NCBI GenBank assembly: GCA_938036315.1
Contig: CALHPK010000009.1
Span: 82,236-146,235, forward strand
Direction: 5' to 3'
From: an uncultured bacterium
GTDB taxonomy: Bacteria > Calescibacteriota > Calescibacteriia > Calescibacteriales > Calescibacteriaceae
Length of the DNA: 64,000 nt
The notes under the pieces were generated by a model, which worked only from the letters and a program-made list of their open reading frames with translations, was not told where the DNA came from and did no database searches. This document shows, one piece after another, positions 10,120-19,496 of the stretch (within the stretch, counting starts at the first letter, position 1; every line of letters starts with the position of its first letter). A program made the translations under genes and the position numbers.

Positions 10120-10938
10120 ATGGGAGTAAAATTCTTTGGAGCTTTCTTAGTGGAAAGAGGGATAATAACAAAAGAACAACTCCTTGAGGCTCTGGAAGAA
10201 CAGAAAAAATCTAACCTCAAAATAGGAGAACACGCAATAAGACTCGGATACCTCACACCTCAACAGCTTGAAGACATAAGAAGGCTACAAAAAAGAGAAG
10301 AGATACTTTTCGGAGAGGCTGCAGTAAAACTCGGCTACCTTACAAAAGAACAAGTAGAACAAATAATAAGAATACAAAAAAGCTCACATAAACTTCTGGG
10401 AGATATATTGGTTGAAAAAGGAATAATAACAAGAGAAACCCTTGTAAGAGAACTCAAAGCCTTTGAAAATGAACAAAGACAATACATGACAGAGACAGTA
10501 TTTCTCCCAGAAGGTATAAAAGACAGAGATTTTATAAACATAGTCGTAGATCTGGGGAAAAAATTCCTTCTAAGAACAGTAGATATTAACACAAAGTTCG
10601 GAGACTTCTCTTTCGAAAACTTCAAAAAAAGAAACGAGTACGATGTCCAAGTTGATACCCTAGGAGATATAAAAGCAAAAGTTGTTTTCTCTCCACCCGA
10701 GAAATTAGGAGAGCTCCTTACCAAAGAATACGGACTCCCAAACACAATAGAACTCAGGAAAGATGCTGTCAAGGAATTTATGAATATTGTGCTGGGGAAC
10801 GCAACCGCTAAAATGGAAAGGCTAGGGAAACGTATAAGTATCTCTGTACCCAAAGATCCAGATATTGAGGGTAAAGCACTCAGATATACATTAGTAGCCC
10901 CGGATGAGGAATACATCTTCTACTTTAAAGAAGGCTAA
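10120..10938 (+). CDS. Fusion of four tandem MshEN-type (T2SS-E N-terminal-like) putative c-di-GMP-binding motifs with a C-terminal CheX/CheC-family CheY-P phosphatase domain
   Basis: Four 24-aa repeats fit xxGxx(LV)xxG(hh)xxxxLxxxLxxQ: FFGAFLVERGIITKEQLLEALEEQ, IGEHAIRLGYLTPQQLEDIRRLQ, LFGEAAVKLGYLTKEQVEQIIRIQ and LLGDILVEKGIITRETLVRELKAF. The C-terminal ~150 aa carry the CheX active-site motif EFMNIVLGNATA (compare T. maritima CheX ELGNMIAGNAAT). The start lies 16 nt after cheY. Confidence 0.65.
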   Translation: MGVKFFGAFLVERGIITKEQLLEALEEQKKSNLKIGEHAIRLGYLTPQQLEDIRRLQKREEILFGEAAVKLGYLTKEQVEQIIRIQKSSHKLLGDILVEKGIITRETLVRELKAFENEQRQYMTETVFLPEGIKDRDFINIVVDLGKKFLLRTVDINTKFGDFSFENFKKRNEYDVQVDTLGDIKAKVVFSPPEKLGELLTKEYGLPNTIELRKDAVKEFMNIVLGNATAKMERLGKRISISVPKDPDIEGKALRYTLVAPDEEYIFYFKEG

Positions 10939-10950
10939 ATACAATCCATC

Positions 10951-11676
10951 CTATTTTCTGATACGAAATAACCTAGGGAGCAGAATCCCCATAGTTAACA
11001 AAGCAAAGAAAAGGAAAAGAAACACACCACCTATAAAATAAGAACTAACTTCATATCTACCGTAAAATCTATTATATCTGTAGATAAGAAGATATGGAGA
11101 CAAACCTTTGGCCTCGGAAATTGCTAAAGCCAGATCCCTCTCAGATATGCGAAAAATGTGAAGAAACCTCGCTACCCTACCAGAACCATCAACTACTATA
11201 ACTACGTTAGGATGATATATCTCGCCTGTCTCTTTATCTTCCTCTATCTTATAATCGAATGATTCCAAAAACGATGCTATATCCTCCTGTAGATTCGTCC
11301 CTACAACAACCCAACTTCTGCCATCTATATTCCATCTCATCTGGAACTTCTTGAGATCATCCTTTGAGTCCCTACGATCGAATGAAAAGGTTATAATCTT
11401 AAAATCTTTACCCAATCCTTTTCCCAGACCCTCCCCCAAAAGTTGAATAAGCTTCGCAGTGATCATAGAACAAAACGAAGGACAATTCGTATATATTGGT
11501 GATATAATTGTAGGCTTCCCTTCAATCAGCTCCAAAATAAAAGATTCATTACCATCTTGATCAAAAACCTTTATATTCCGGATCAACTTCCCTACATACT
11601 CTTCCCTGGGAAATGGAACCTCTGTGGATAAAATGGCTAAAACTGCCACAATTGACCCAAAATAAAGCATATACAA
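10951..11676 (-). CDS. SCO1/SenC family thioredoxin-like copper chaperone
   Basis: CxxxC in YTNCPSFCS, a downstream His in EIYHPNVVIVVDGSGRV, and the overall SCO pattern (FSFDRRDSKDDLKKF...W...VG). Hydrophobic anchors at both ends. Confidence 0.5.
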   Translation of the reverse strand: MYMLYFGSIVAVLAILSTEVPFPREEYVGKLIRNIKVFDQDGNESFILELIEGKPTIISPIYTNCPSFCSMITAKLIQLLGEGLGKGLGKDFKIITFSFDRRDSKDDLKKFQMRWNIDGRSWVVVGTNLQEDIASFLESFDYKIEEDKETGEIYHPNVVIVVDGSGRVARFLHIFRISERDLALAISEAKGLSPYLLIYRYNRFYGRYEVSSYFIGGVFLFLFFALLTMGILLPRLFRIRK

Positions 11677-12029
11677 ACTACTTAATCAACACAACCAACA
11701 TATATAAAAAGAACAAAAATTGACCGACTAAAAAATTTTTTTCTCCGTAAAATTCTTCAACAACATAACTAATAGCACCCAATCGATACACAAGCTATTC
11801 ATAAAGACTGAATCATTCTGAATCATTCACACCTACAACTGGATAAGATACAGGTTCGACATTCTTCTTCTGAAGATATGTTCCAGATCTTCGGTAGCAA
11901 AACAATTAGATAGGTAATCCCTTATTATCAAGTTTTAGAATTAAATGCTCTCCAAAAGATCCTCTGAGTAAAAGTGTGGAAAAATTGAATATTTTGAGCA
12001 AAACTTGAAAAGTTATTTAAATTAATAGT

Positions 12030-14414
12030 ATGTTTTCGATCTTCTTCAGGATTTTTTTTCTGTTTGGTGCGGCTTTATTACTCAGCATCAAATCACTAAT
12101 TCCATCTACTACAAAAGAAGAAAATAGCTCAGAGAACATTGATTTTGAGATCTTTGGTCCTACACGAATAAATGGGGTAGTTGGCAATGGCGCCCTATCT
12201 TGCGGAATATCCGAATGGGGAGAAATAACCGTGCTTAGGTATCCCTCACCTTCTCATTGGGATCAACTTGATTACAAAACCAAACCAGGAGAAAAATCAC
12301 GAGAGCTGAAATATTTTGGAGCACTACCAAATCAAGGAAGCTTCATAGCAATCTACTATAACGGAAAATTAATAATTCTCAGAGATATAGAATCAAACAT
12401 GATAAACCAGCAATATAAATCAGAAGACTCTCCAATACTTGTCACAAAGTATAAAATTGATGATAATACCGAAGTTATTGTAGAGGATTTTGTCCACCCA
12501 AAAGAAGACATACTCATAAGAGAAGTTTCTCTGAACCTGCAAGGCTCTGGTGATGCTTACCTCATAAACTACTCCAACTTCGCACCTACAACTATAAAAT
12601 TACCTAAACTACCTCTGGAAGATTGGGATGATGACACAAAAAATGATTTTGCAGCATTTACCCAAGAAGGATCAGTTATACAATTCACACCGTTTTTTAG
12701 AACAAGAGATGAATTGAGAAAAGAATACAAATATGTTAGAGAAAACATAAATTCAAGGGAAAAACTTGTCGAGTATGCGAAAAACACATCAGGTATATTT
12801 ATAAAGAGTTTAGCTAAAGGGATCGGAAAAAGCTACTCATACATAGGATTTGATGAAAGATGTGGTGATGGTCGGGAAGCACCTCTAAGTACTCCGGAGA
12901 GTGCATTCGAGAAAATGAAAAAATTCTCTCCAGATAATTTATATGAGATTGAGAATGAAAATTTTGTTCTTTGTTCTGCGGATTCCGTAAACATTGCGAA
13001 AATCTGCGAAGCTGGAACTTGTAACAAAGGCTTTATCATAGTAGCTCTTGGGAAGAATTTGGAAGATGTCAACTCGAAAATGAATTTTGCACTGAAGAAC
13101 CTGCAAAAACTCAAATCAGAAACAGAAGAATACTGGAGTAACTTAATAGGAATGGTTAAGGAAAAAAGCTGGTTCTCAAAGCTAAAAGAGAAAGAAAAAG
13201 CGGTATGCCAGAGAGCCTTGATCTCCATCCTACAGGCAACTGACAGAGATACAAAAGCTACTGTAGCATCCATCTCAACACAACCTCCGTATGCAGAAGA
13301 CTGGCCAAGAGACGGAGCATATTTTAACATACTTTTGAACCTCGCTGGATTTACCGATGTGGCCAGAGAAAGAAATTACTTCTACGAAAAAGTTCAAAGC
13401 AAAGAACCAGAAGGAAGGATCCCAGCAGGAACATGGCGTATGAACTTTTACTCAGATGGGATGGTAGGTGGTCCATGGGACTTTGAAATAGATCAGGTCG
13501 GATTTGTAATATGGAGTTGGGCAACACACCTTATGTTTGAACCAAATAAAAACGAATTTCTGAAAAATATCTATTCAGCATTAAAACTTTCTGTGGAGGA
13601 AGTTCTCATAAATTGCAAAGATGAGAGAAATCTTCAATGTCTCGCTAATGAAGATGATAATCCAATACCGTCAGTAACAATAGTCGGAAGTGCTATGGTG
13701 TATGCCGGGCTCTTTCATGCTCAAAAGATAGCACAAGCTTACGGTGATCTAGATTTGTCATCAAGAATAAAAGAAAGGATGAAAGAACTGGAAATAGCCA
13801 TGCTACAAAATTATACCGATGAAAATGGATTTATTACATCATCAGCAAGCGAATTTCTAGAACAAGGCTTAGCATATATACTTTTCCCAGCAAACTTCCC
13901 TATGAAAACAGAGTGGATAATAAAGTACGGAGAAAGCTTAATTGATATGCTGAATCTCAATTTCAACAAAAAAGGATTCCTTCTGTATGAAGGGAAATGG
14001 ATAATCTCACTCATAATAGCCTCCGAAATACTAAAAAATAAAGATTATTTTTACTCAAAAAAATTCAAGGACGAAGCCGAAAAATATCTAAGAATACTTA
14101 TAGAAGAAGTTCCTACGAAAACCTACCACTATGGAGAAATAGCAAGATACACTGTCAAAGATGGTGGCAAGATCTACGAAAATAGAATAGCAATGCCACA
14201 TGTTTGGGAAGCTACTTTAAACTGCTTAACCTCTATAGCTTTACGAGATCCCCAAACCATTGAACTTATGGGAGTTGACTTGAATGTATATAAAGAACCT
14301 CGGAAGGAGAAAAAATCAATTTGTAGTTCATTTGGGCTTCTATCTTTCCACTTTATTATATTTCTTTATCTAATCTGGAGCTTTTTTAGAATCAGCTTAC
14401 ATTTCAGAGGATGA
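12030..14414 (+). CDS. Glycoside hydrolase family 15-like (glucoamylase/glucodextranase/trehalase-type (alpha/alpha)6 barrel) with N- and C-terminal hydrophobic anchors
   Basis: TVASISTQPPYAEDWPRDGAY matches the GH15 (I)VASPST...Y(x)W(x)RD motif. About 800 aa. A C-terminal TM helix (LLSFHFIIFLYLIWSFF) is present. Confidence 0.45.
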   Translation: MFSIFFRIFFLFGAALLLSIKSLIPSTTKEENSSENIDFEIFGPTRINGVVGNGALSCGISEWGEITVLRYPSPSHWDQLDYKTKPGEKSRELKYFGALPNQGSFIAIYYNGKLIILRDIESNMINQQYKSEDSPILVTKYKIDDNTEVIVEDFVHPKEDILIREVSLNLQGSGDAYLINYSNFAPTTIKLPKLPLEDWDDDTKNDFAAFTQEGSVIQFTPFFRTRDELRKEYKYVRENINSREKLVEYAKNTSGIFIKSLAKGIGKSYSYIGFDERCGDGREAPLSTPESAFEKMKKFSPDNLYEIENENFVLCSADSVNIAKICEAGTCNKGFIIVALGKNLEDVNSKMNFALKNLQKLKSETEEYWSNLIGMVKEKSWFSKLKEKEKAVCQRALISILQATDRDTKATVASISTQPPYAEDWPRDGAYFNILLNLAGFTDVARERNYFYEKVQSKEPEGRIPAGTWRMNFYSDGMVGGPWDFEIDQVGFVIWSWATHLMFEPNKNEFLKNIYSALKLSVEEVLINCKDERNLQCLANEDDNPIPSVTIVGSAMVYAGLFHAQKIAQAYGDLDLSSRIKERMKELEIAMLQNYTDENGFITSSASEFLEQGLAYILFPANFPMKTEWIIKYGESLIDMLNLNFNKKGFLLYEGKWIISLIIASEILKNKDYFYSKKFKDEAEKYLRILIEEVPTKTYHYGEIARYTVKDGGKIYENRIAMPHVWEATLNCLTSIALRDPQTIELMGVDLNVYKEPRKEKKSICSSFGLLSFHFIIFLYLIWSFFRISLHFRG

Positions 14415-16778
14415 TTCTTTCATCACCGATTCGGTGTAGCTTATAGTCTTATCCACAAGAATCCTTATGTTATTAAGATCTTGTTCCAATTTATCAACTG
14501 CTAAAATGATTTTTCTACTCTCTTCTCTAATTCCTTCGAGTGAAACCCTCATATCCCTTACTATTCCATTGTATCTTGAAATGATCATACGGTACTCTGA
14601 TGAGAATCTTTCGTATCTAGACTCAAGTTCTCTTATACTTTGAGAAACTTTTTCAAGTTTAGAGAATATATTATCTACAGAAGGAATAATTTCTGCTACC
14701 ACTCCTTTTATATCTTCAGATGCATTTGCAATGTCGGAAAACTTAGATTCAAACTCTGAAACTAACCTCGATACTTCAGAAAATGTCTTCTTCGTATTAC
14801 TCACATATCCTCCAAGCTGGTTCAGATACGACATAAAATCTTCGAGTATATCATCCACCTTTCCTGCATAAGCTTTTACAGATTCTATCTTATCTGCTAT
14901 AGCGTTATCCCCTAATAAAATCTCGAGCTTTCTTCTTATCTCATTTATCAATGAAATAATCTCCTTTGTACCGGATTCTATTCTTTTCACATCTTCACTA
15001 ATAAGATTGGAAAGTTGTTTTGAGAAAGTAGAGAACTCACCTGCAACTTCTGTCTGAGTAATCTTTGCGGAAGATATGGAAATATTCATTGAAAGTATAA
15101 CGAGTCTCTTTTTCAATCTATCGATTTCTGAACGCAAACTCTCAATATCTCTGAATTTTTCTTCAAGATCTTCAAAAGTATCTTTAGAAATTTTCACGCT
15201 TTCGCTAAGCTCATCTAAGGATTTTTTGAACATCTCAAACGAGCTTATAAGTATCTGAAATTTTTTTTCGACCTGAGTTCCAATCCTGCTACCAACTTCA
15301 TCTTGAGATAATGTTAGCACTCTTTTGGGGCCGCCTTTCAGAATATCGTAAATCTTTTGAAATTTAGATGAAACAGAAGAGAGTTTTCCTCTTAAGTCTC
15401 TTAGCTCTTTTATAATATCTAAAACTTCTTCAGATGAAGAAGAAGATGCCTCAAAAGTCAAAACTTCTAAAGTTTCAATTTCTTTACCAGACATTGCTAT
15501 AATTCTCTCCGAATTTATGCGAATCAACTTCAGATCATTTATCAATGAATTTATCTGCCCTCGCAGCGATATAGAATCTGAAAATATCTTTGAAAGAACC
15601 TTGCCGATTCTTGAAGAAAAATCATCACATCTTGAACTTAAGATTTCCACCATCCCATGAGTATAGTTATTCTCAATAGATATTTTAAAGAATTCATCAT
15701 TTGTCACAACCAAATTCTTAGAATCAATAAGATCTAATGCTTGAGAAATATAACTAACTAAAGAACTATAGAATGCATATATAACTACAAGAATAATCAC
15801 AGCTAAGATTCCAAATAGACTTAGGAAAAGCTTTTTGAACTCATCATCGATCCACTTCAACGGAAGATACAATCCTTTTATAACATTTTGACTCGCAAAG
15901 AAAACGAAAGCACCTGGAGAGACGTAGTCAAACAAAATATTCTCTCCAATACTTAACTTCTCTTTCATACTACTGATAATTACTTTATCAATGAATGGGT
16001 GCTCAGAATCTAAGATGCCAATCTCAAATGGTACAGTTCCTGGAATACTTTCGCCTCTGACAAAATCATCAAACACCTGCTTTGCCTCACTATATCTGAG
16101 CTGTCGAATGTGGTTTTCAATAAATATACTGCTTACTAAAAATGCCACAAACAAGGCGTATGAAATAAAAGCTATCAAAATCTTGAACTTCACCGAAATA
16201 GTAGGTGAAAAGTAAATTTTCTCCCTAATTTTACCTTCAATCTTAAATATCTTTGCAAATTCCCTTTCAAGATAATAGTAAATTATCTGTGAAACAGGTA
16301 GAGCTAAAAATACGATATTCAGAAGGAAAAAAAGGGCTACCCGTTCACTGGAAATCTCCCCAACCCTTATTATAACATACGATAAAATACCTGCAATAAT
16401 CCAAATCAAAAAAGATACGGACGCTGAATAAAATGGTAAAGAAGAATAAGAGTTTATAAACTGCAGAAGCTCAGCTCCAGTCCCTATCCCCTGATTCTCA
16501 AGTTGCAGAAGTTGTCGATAAACCTGCTTAGTTCTGACTAACACAGCAAAGGCATAAACCCCAAGAAGTACAATATAAACGAAAATTAGAGGAGGAAGTA
16601 TCCTCAGAAGAAATGGATATATCAACTTCCACCAATTAAGATAAACAACAGAAAAAACAACTCCTACAACCAAACCTACAAACACGCTCAAATATATTGG
16701 TAAAAGAATAGAGAGGAACACAATCTTTCTTAACTTGTCACTGATTCCCGGACTTACACGCAAAATACTCTGCTCCAT
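14397..16778 (-). CDS. Multi-pass membrane protein (about 6 TM) with a ~450-aa C-terminal coiled-coil region; possibly a very divergent MCP-like signalling protein
   Basis: Hydrophobic helices sit in the N-terminal 330 aa. The long heptad-rich C-terminus contains LSMNISISSAKITQTEVAGEFSTFSKQLSNL, which weakly resembles the MCP tip [29 protein letters not shown] but with a 4-aa gap. Confidence 0.3.
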   Translation of the reverse strand: MEQSILRVSPGISDKLRKIVFLSILLPIYLSVFVGLVVGVVFSVVYLNWWKLIYPFLLRILPPLIFVYIVLLGVYAFAVLVRTKQVYRQLLQLENQGIGTGAELLQFINSYSSLPFYSASVSFLIWIIAGILSYVIIRVGEISSERVALFFLLNIVFLALPVSQIIYYYLEREFAKIFKIEGKIREKIYFSPTISVKFKILIAFISYALFVAFLVSSIFIENHIRQLRYSEAKQVFDDFVRGESIPGTVPFEIGILDSEHPFIDKVIISSMKEKLSIGENILFDYVSPGAFVFFASQNVIKGLYLPLKWIDDEFKKLFLSLFGILAVIILVVIYAFYSSLVSYISQALDLIDSKNLVVTNDEFFKISIENNYTHGMVEILSSRCDDFSSRIGKVLSKIFSDSISLRGQINSLINDLKLIRINSERIIAMSGKEIETLEVLTFEASSSSSEEVLDIIKELRDLRGKLSSVSSKFQKIYDILKGGPKRVLTLSQDEVGSRIGTQVEKKFQILISSFEMFKKSLDELSESVKISKDTFEDLEEKFRDIESLRSEIDRLKKRLVILSMNISISSAKITQTEVAGEFSTFSKQLSNLISEDVKRIESGTKEIISLINEIRRKLEILLGDNAIADKIESVKAYAGKVDDILEDFMSYLNQLGGYVSNTKKTFSEVSRLVSEFESKFSDIANASEDIKGVVAEIIPSVDNIFSKLEKVSQSIRELESRYERFSSEYRMIISRYNGIVRDMRVSLEGIREESRKIILAVDKLEQDLNNIRILVDKTISYTESVMKESSSEM

Positions 16779-16839
16779 ACATTAAATTTTAGAATTTCGA
16801 AAGCAACTTTCTCCTAAAAATTAAAATTTTATACTAATT

Positions 16840-17943
16840 ATGAAATACCAGATAATCCAAAGCGATATAGAGAACTTCAGAAAAGAATTCGAAAGTATAA
16901 AGACAACAGTAAACCTCAATGCAATGCTAAATAAACTTCAGGAGATAGAAAATGCTCTCAAAAATTCATCAGACCACCGAAAAATTTCCGAGCTTATGAA
17001 AGAAAAATCAAGCATTATAAAGAAAACAGAAAAATTTGAAAAAATCAATGAATTGATAGAGAATGTTGAAGGTCTATATGAGCTCTGGATTGAGTCAGGA
17101 GATGACGAGGCACTCAGAGAACTACAATCGGAAGCGTCCAGACTAAAAAGAGAACTTAAAAAACTCAAGATCGAGTTTATGCTATCAGACAAATATGATA
17201 AATCCAATGCAATAGTTGAGATAACCCCAGGAGCTGGAGGAACAGAAAGTATGGATTGGGCATCTATGCTCTTCAGAATGTACTCAAGATGGGCAGAAGA
17301 ACACTCATTTGAAGTGAAAATCATAGATAAAACACCAGGAGAACAAGCTGGGCTCAAGAGTATAACATTCATCATAGAGGGAGAATATGCATACGGATAT
17401 ATGAAAGGAGAAAATGGAATCCATAGGCTCGTCAGAATTTCGCCCTTCGATGCTAACAGAAGAAGACACACATCATTCGCCGCTGTCACAGTATATCCAG
17501 AAATTGACGAATCCATAAAAGTAGAAATAAATCCTGCAGACCTTGAAATAGAAACCTTCAGAGCTTCAGGTCCCGGAGGACAATATGTGAATAAAACTGA
17601 TTCTGCAGTACGAATAAGGCACATACCCACAGGTATTATCGTCACATGCCAGTCTGAAAGATCACAATACAAAAATAAACAAATAGCACTAAAAATACTT
17701 ATCTCTCGTCTTCATGAAATTGAAAGACAAAAAAAAGAAGAAGAAAAAAAAGGGCTTGCTGAGAAAAAAGATATATCGTGGGGGAATCAAATAAGAAGCT
17801 ATATATTGTATCCGTATAAACTTGTAAAAGATCATAGAACGGGCTATGAAACAGCACTTGCCGAGGAAGTCCTCGACGGGCAAATAGATGAATTCATAGA
17901 GGAATATCTTAAAAAACTAACCGCAAGCAAAATTATAAATTAA
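16840..17943 (+). CDS. prfB: Peptide chain release factor 2
   Basis: SPF stop-codon recognition tripeptide (RISPFDANRRRHTSFAAV) and the GGQ motif (GPGGQYVNKTDSAVRIRHIPTGI). The ORF is contiguous with no programmed +1 frameshift. Confidence 0.9.
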   Translation: MKYQIIQSDIENFRKEFESIKTTVNLNAMLNKLQEIENALKNSSDHRKISELMKEKSSIIKKTEKFEKINELIENVEGLYELWIESGDDEALRELQSEASRLKRELKKLKIEFMLSDKYDKSNAIVEITPGAGGTESMDWASMLFRMYSRWAEEHSFEVKIIDKTPGEQAGLKSITFIIEGEYAYGYMKGENGIHRLVRISPFDANRRRHTSFAAVTVYPEIDESIKVEINPADLEIETFRASGPGGQYVNKTDSAVRIRHIPTGIIVTCQSERSQYKNKQIALKILISRLHEIERQKKEEEKKGLAEKKDISWGNQIRSYILYPYKLVKDHRTGYETALAEEVLDGQIDEFIEEYLKKLTASKIIN

Positions 17944-17950
17944 TAAAAAC

Positions 17951-18364
17951 ATGTTCATACGCCTATTAACTAAAGTTGCTGAAACTATAATCCCATTCCC
18001 GAATAACAACCTTGAAAGTTTCAAAAACAATTTCATAGCAAGAGCCAAAGAATTTTTCGCAAATATGGCAATACTACCACGCATTACCTTCTCGGTTATA
18101 CTTATCCTAATTCAACTTACACCTATGTTAAGATACCTCAGGCCTTTTTCTAAACTCTCCATCGAAAAAAGAAAAAAAGTAGTAGAAAAATGGTATACAT
18201 CAAAAATTATGACAAAAAGATTGATGATAAATGCCATAAAAGGACTATGCACTATGATATACCTGAGTCTACAAGGAGATGAATTCAATTTCAATTCTAC
18301 AAAACCTAAAAGATGCGAGAAAATTACACAGAAACAGAATTTAGAATACTCCGAACAAAGCTAA
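17951..18364 (+). CDS. Hypothetical protein (one predicted TM)
   Basis: ORF lying between prfB and ribF on the same strand, 7-8 nt from each neighbour. No family recognised. Confidence 0.25.
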   Translation: MFIRLLTKVAETIIPFPNNNLESFKNNFIARAKEFFANMAILPRITFSVILILIQLTPMLRYLRPFSKLSIEKRKKVVEKWYTSKIMTKRLMINAIKGLCTMIYLSLQGDEFNFNSTKPKRCEKITQKQNLEYSEQS

Positions 18365-18370
18365 AACAAA

Positions 18371-19321
18371 ATGAGAGAAAAAGTAAAGACTCTAATCATA
18401 TGGGACTTGAAAAAAGATCTAAATAAACTCCATCGTCTTAAGAACTCTGTGTTGTGTATAGGAAATTTTGATGGATTACATAAAGGGCACAATAGGGTCC
18501 TACAAGAAGGATACGATATGTCTAAAAGATTTGAACGCCCTCTTGTAGCTATCTCCTTTCTACCTCATCCCCGTCTACTCCTTAGACCACAAAACTTCTT
18601 CATCCTCACTCCCGTTTCCGCAAAGATATTAGAACTTACAAAACTCGGCGCTGATTACTTGGTCATGTTCAATTTTCCATCAATTATGAATATTGAGTAC
18701 AAAGAATTTTGCGAATTTATAGAAGTTCACCTCAATCCCTGTGGAATATGTGTGGGGTTTGATTTTTCGTTCGGGAAAGGAGCTCTGGGCACAGCAGAGG
18801 ACATAAAAAAATTCTTCTCCAAAATAGAAGTTAAAATTGTTGGTAAAATCAGTGTAAATTCTGATCAAAAAATCTCTTCATCACTTCTGAGGAAAACTAT
18901 AAGAGAAGGAAGCGTCGATAAATACCCAAAATACACAGGAAGATTTTACTCAGTTAGAGGATGTGTTGTAAAAGGAGAAGGAAGAGGGACTAAAATCGGC
19001 TTCCCAACTGCAAATATTTCGACTACATACTTTCTACCACCAGACGGAGTCTATGCGTGCTTTGTAAAATTACTTGATCAAGGTAATCAAACTGCGTTAA
19101 AGGCAGTCTGCAATATTGGACCACAGCCTACCTTCAACTCCAATAAAAAAACTCTGGAAGTATTCATAATAGGATTCGAAGGAAATATATACCTCAAATC
19201 AATTGAAATTATGTTCGTAAAAAGAATAAGAGATGTAATGAAGTTCCAAAATCCTGAAGAACTCAAAAAAAGAATCCAGGAAGATATAGAGGAAGCAAAA
19301 AGTATATTGGCAAGCTGGTGA
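18371..19321 (+). CDS. ribF: Bifunctional riboflavin kinase / FAD synthetase
   Basis: N-terminal nucleotidyltransferase motif GNFDGLHKGH and C-terminal riboflavin-kinase motifs (GRGTKIGFPTANI). 316 aa. Confidence 0.8.
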   Translation: MREKVKTLIIWDLKKDLNKLHRLKNSVLCIGNFDGLHKGHNRVLQEGYDMSKRFERPLVAISFLPHPRLLLRPQNFFILTPVSAKILELTKLGADYLVMFNFPSIMNIEYKEFCEFIEVHLNPCGICVGFDFSFGKGALGTAEDIKKFFSKIEVKIVGKISVNSDQKISSSLLRKTIREGSVDKYPKYTGRFYSVRGCVVKGEGRGTKIGFPTANISTTYFLPPDGVYACFVKLLDQGNQTALKAVCNIGPQPTFNSNKKTLEVFIIGFEGNIYLKSIEIMFVKRIRDVMKFQNPEELKKRIQEDIEEAKSILASW

Positions 19322-19403
19322 AGATGTAACAATAAAAACGAAAAAATATTTACCTCAGAAAGAAAATTTAGGACATACACAAGATTAGATCAGTACTGTT
19401 CTT

Positions 19404-19439
19404 TGGATTCTAAATCTCAAATGGATTCTAAATCTCAAA
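19404..19439. repeat. Perfect tandem direct repeat of ggattctaaatctcaaa, two copies
   Basis: Seen directly in the ribF-LplA-like intergenic region. Confidence 0.5.
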
Positions 19440-19496
19440 GAGAGCGGAAATATTAATAACTAAAGTGAAACAATAAAAATAAAAAATGACGAATGA

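Noticed and set aside
16840-17943. Looked for the programmed +1 frameshift site (CTT TGA C) that is common in prfB.
   Set aside because: The RF2 ORF is contiguous from its N-terminus through the SPF and GGQ motifs with no in-frame stop. Many lineages lack the frameshift, so I do not treat its absence as an anomaly or error.
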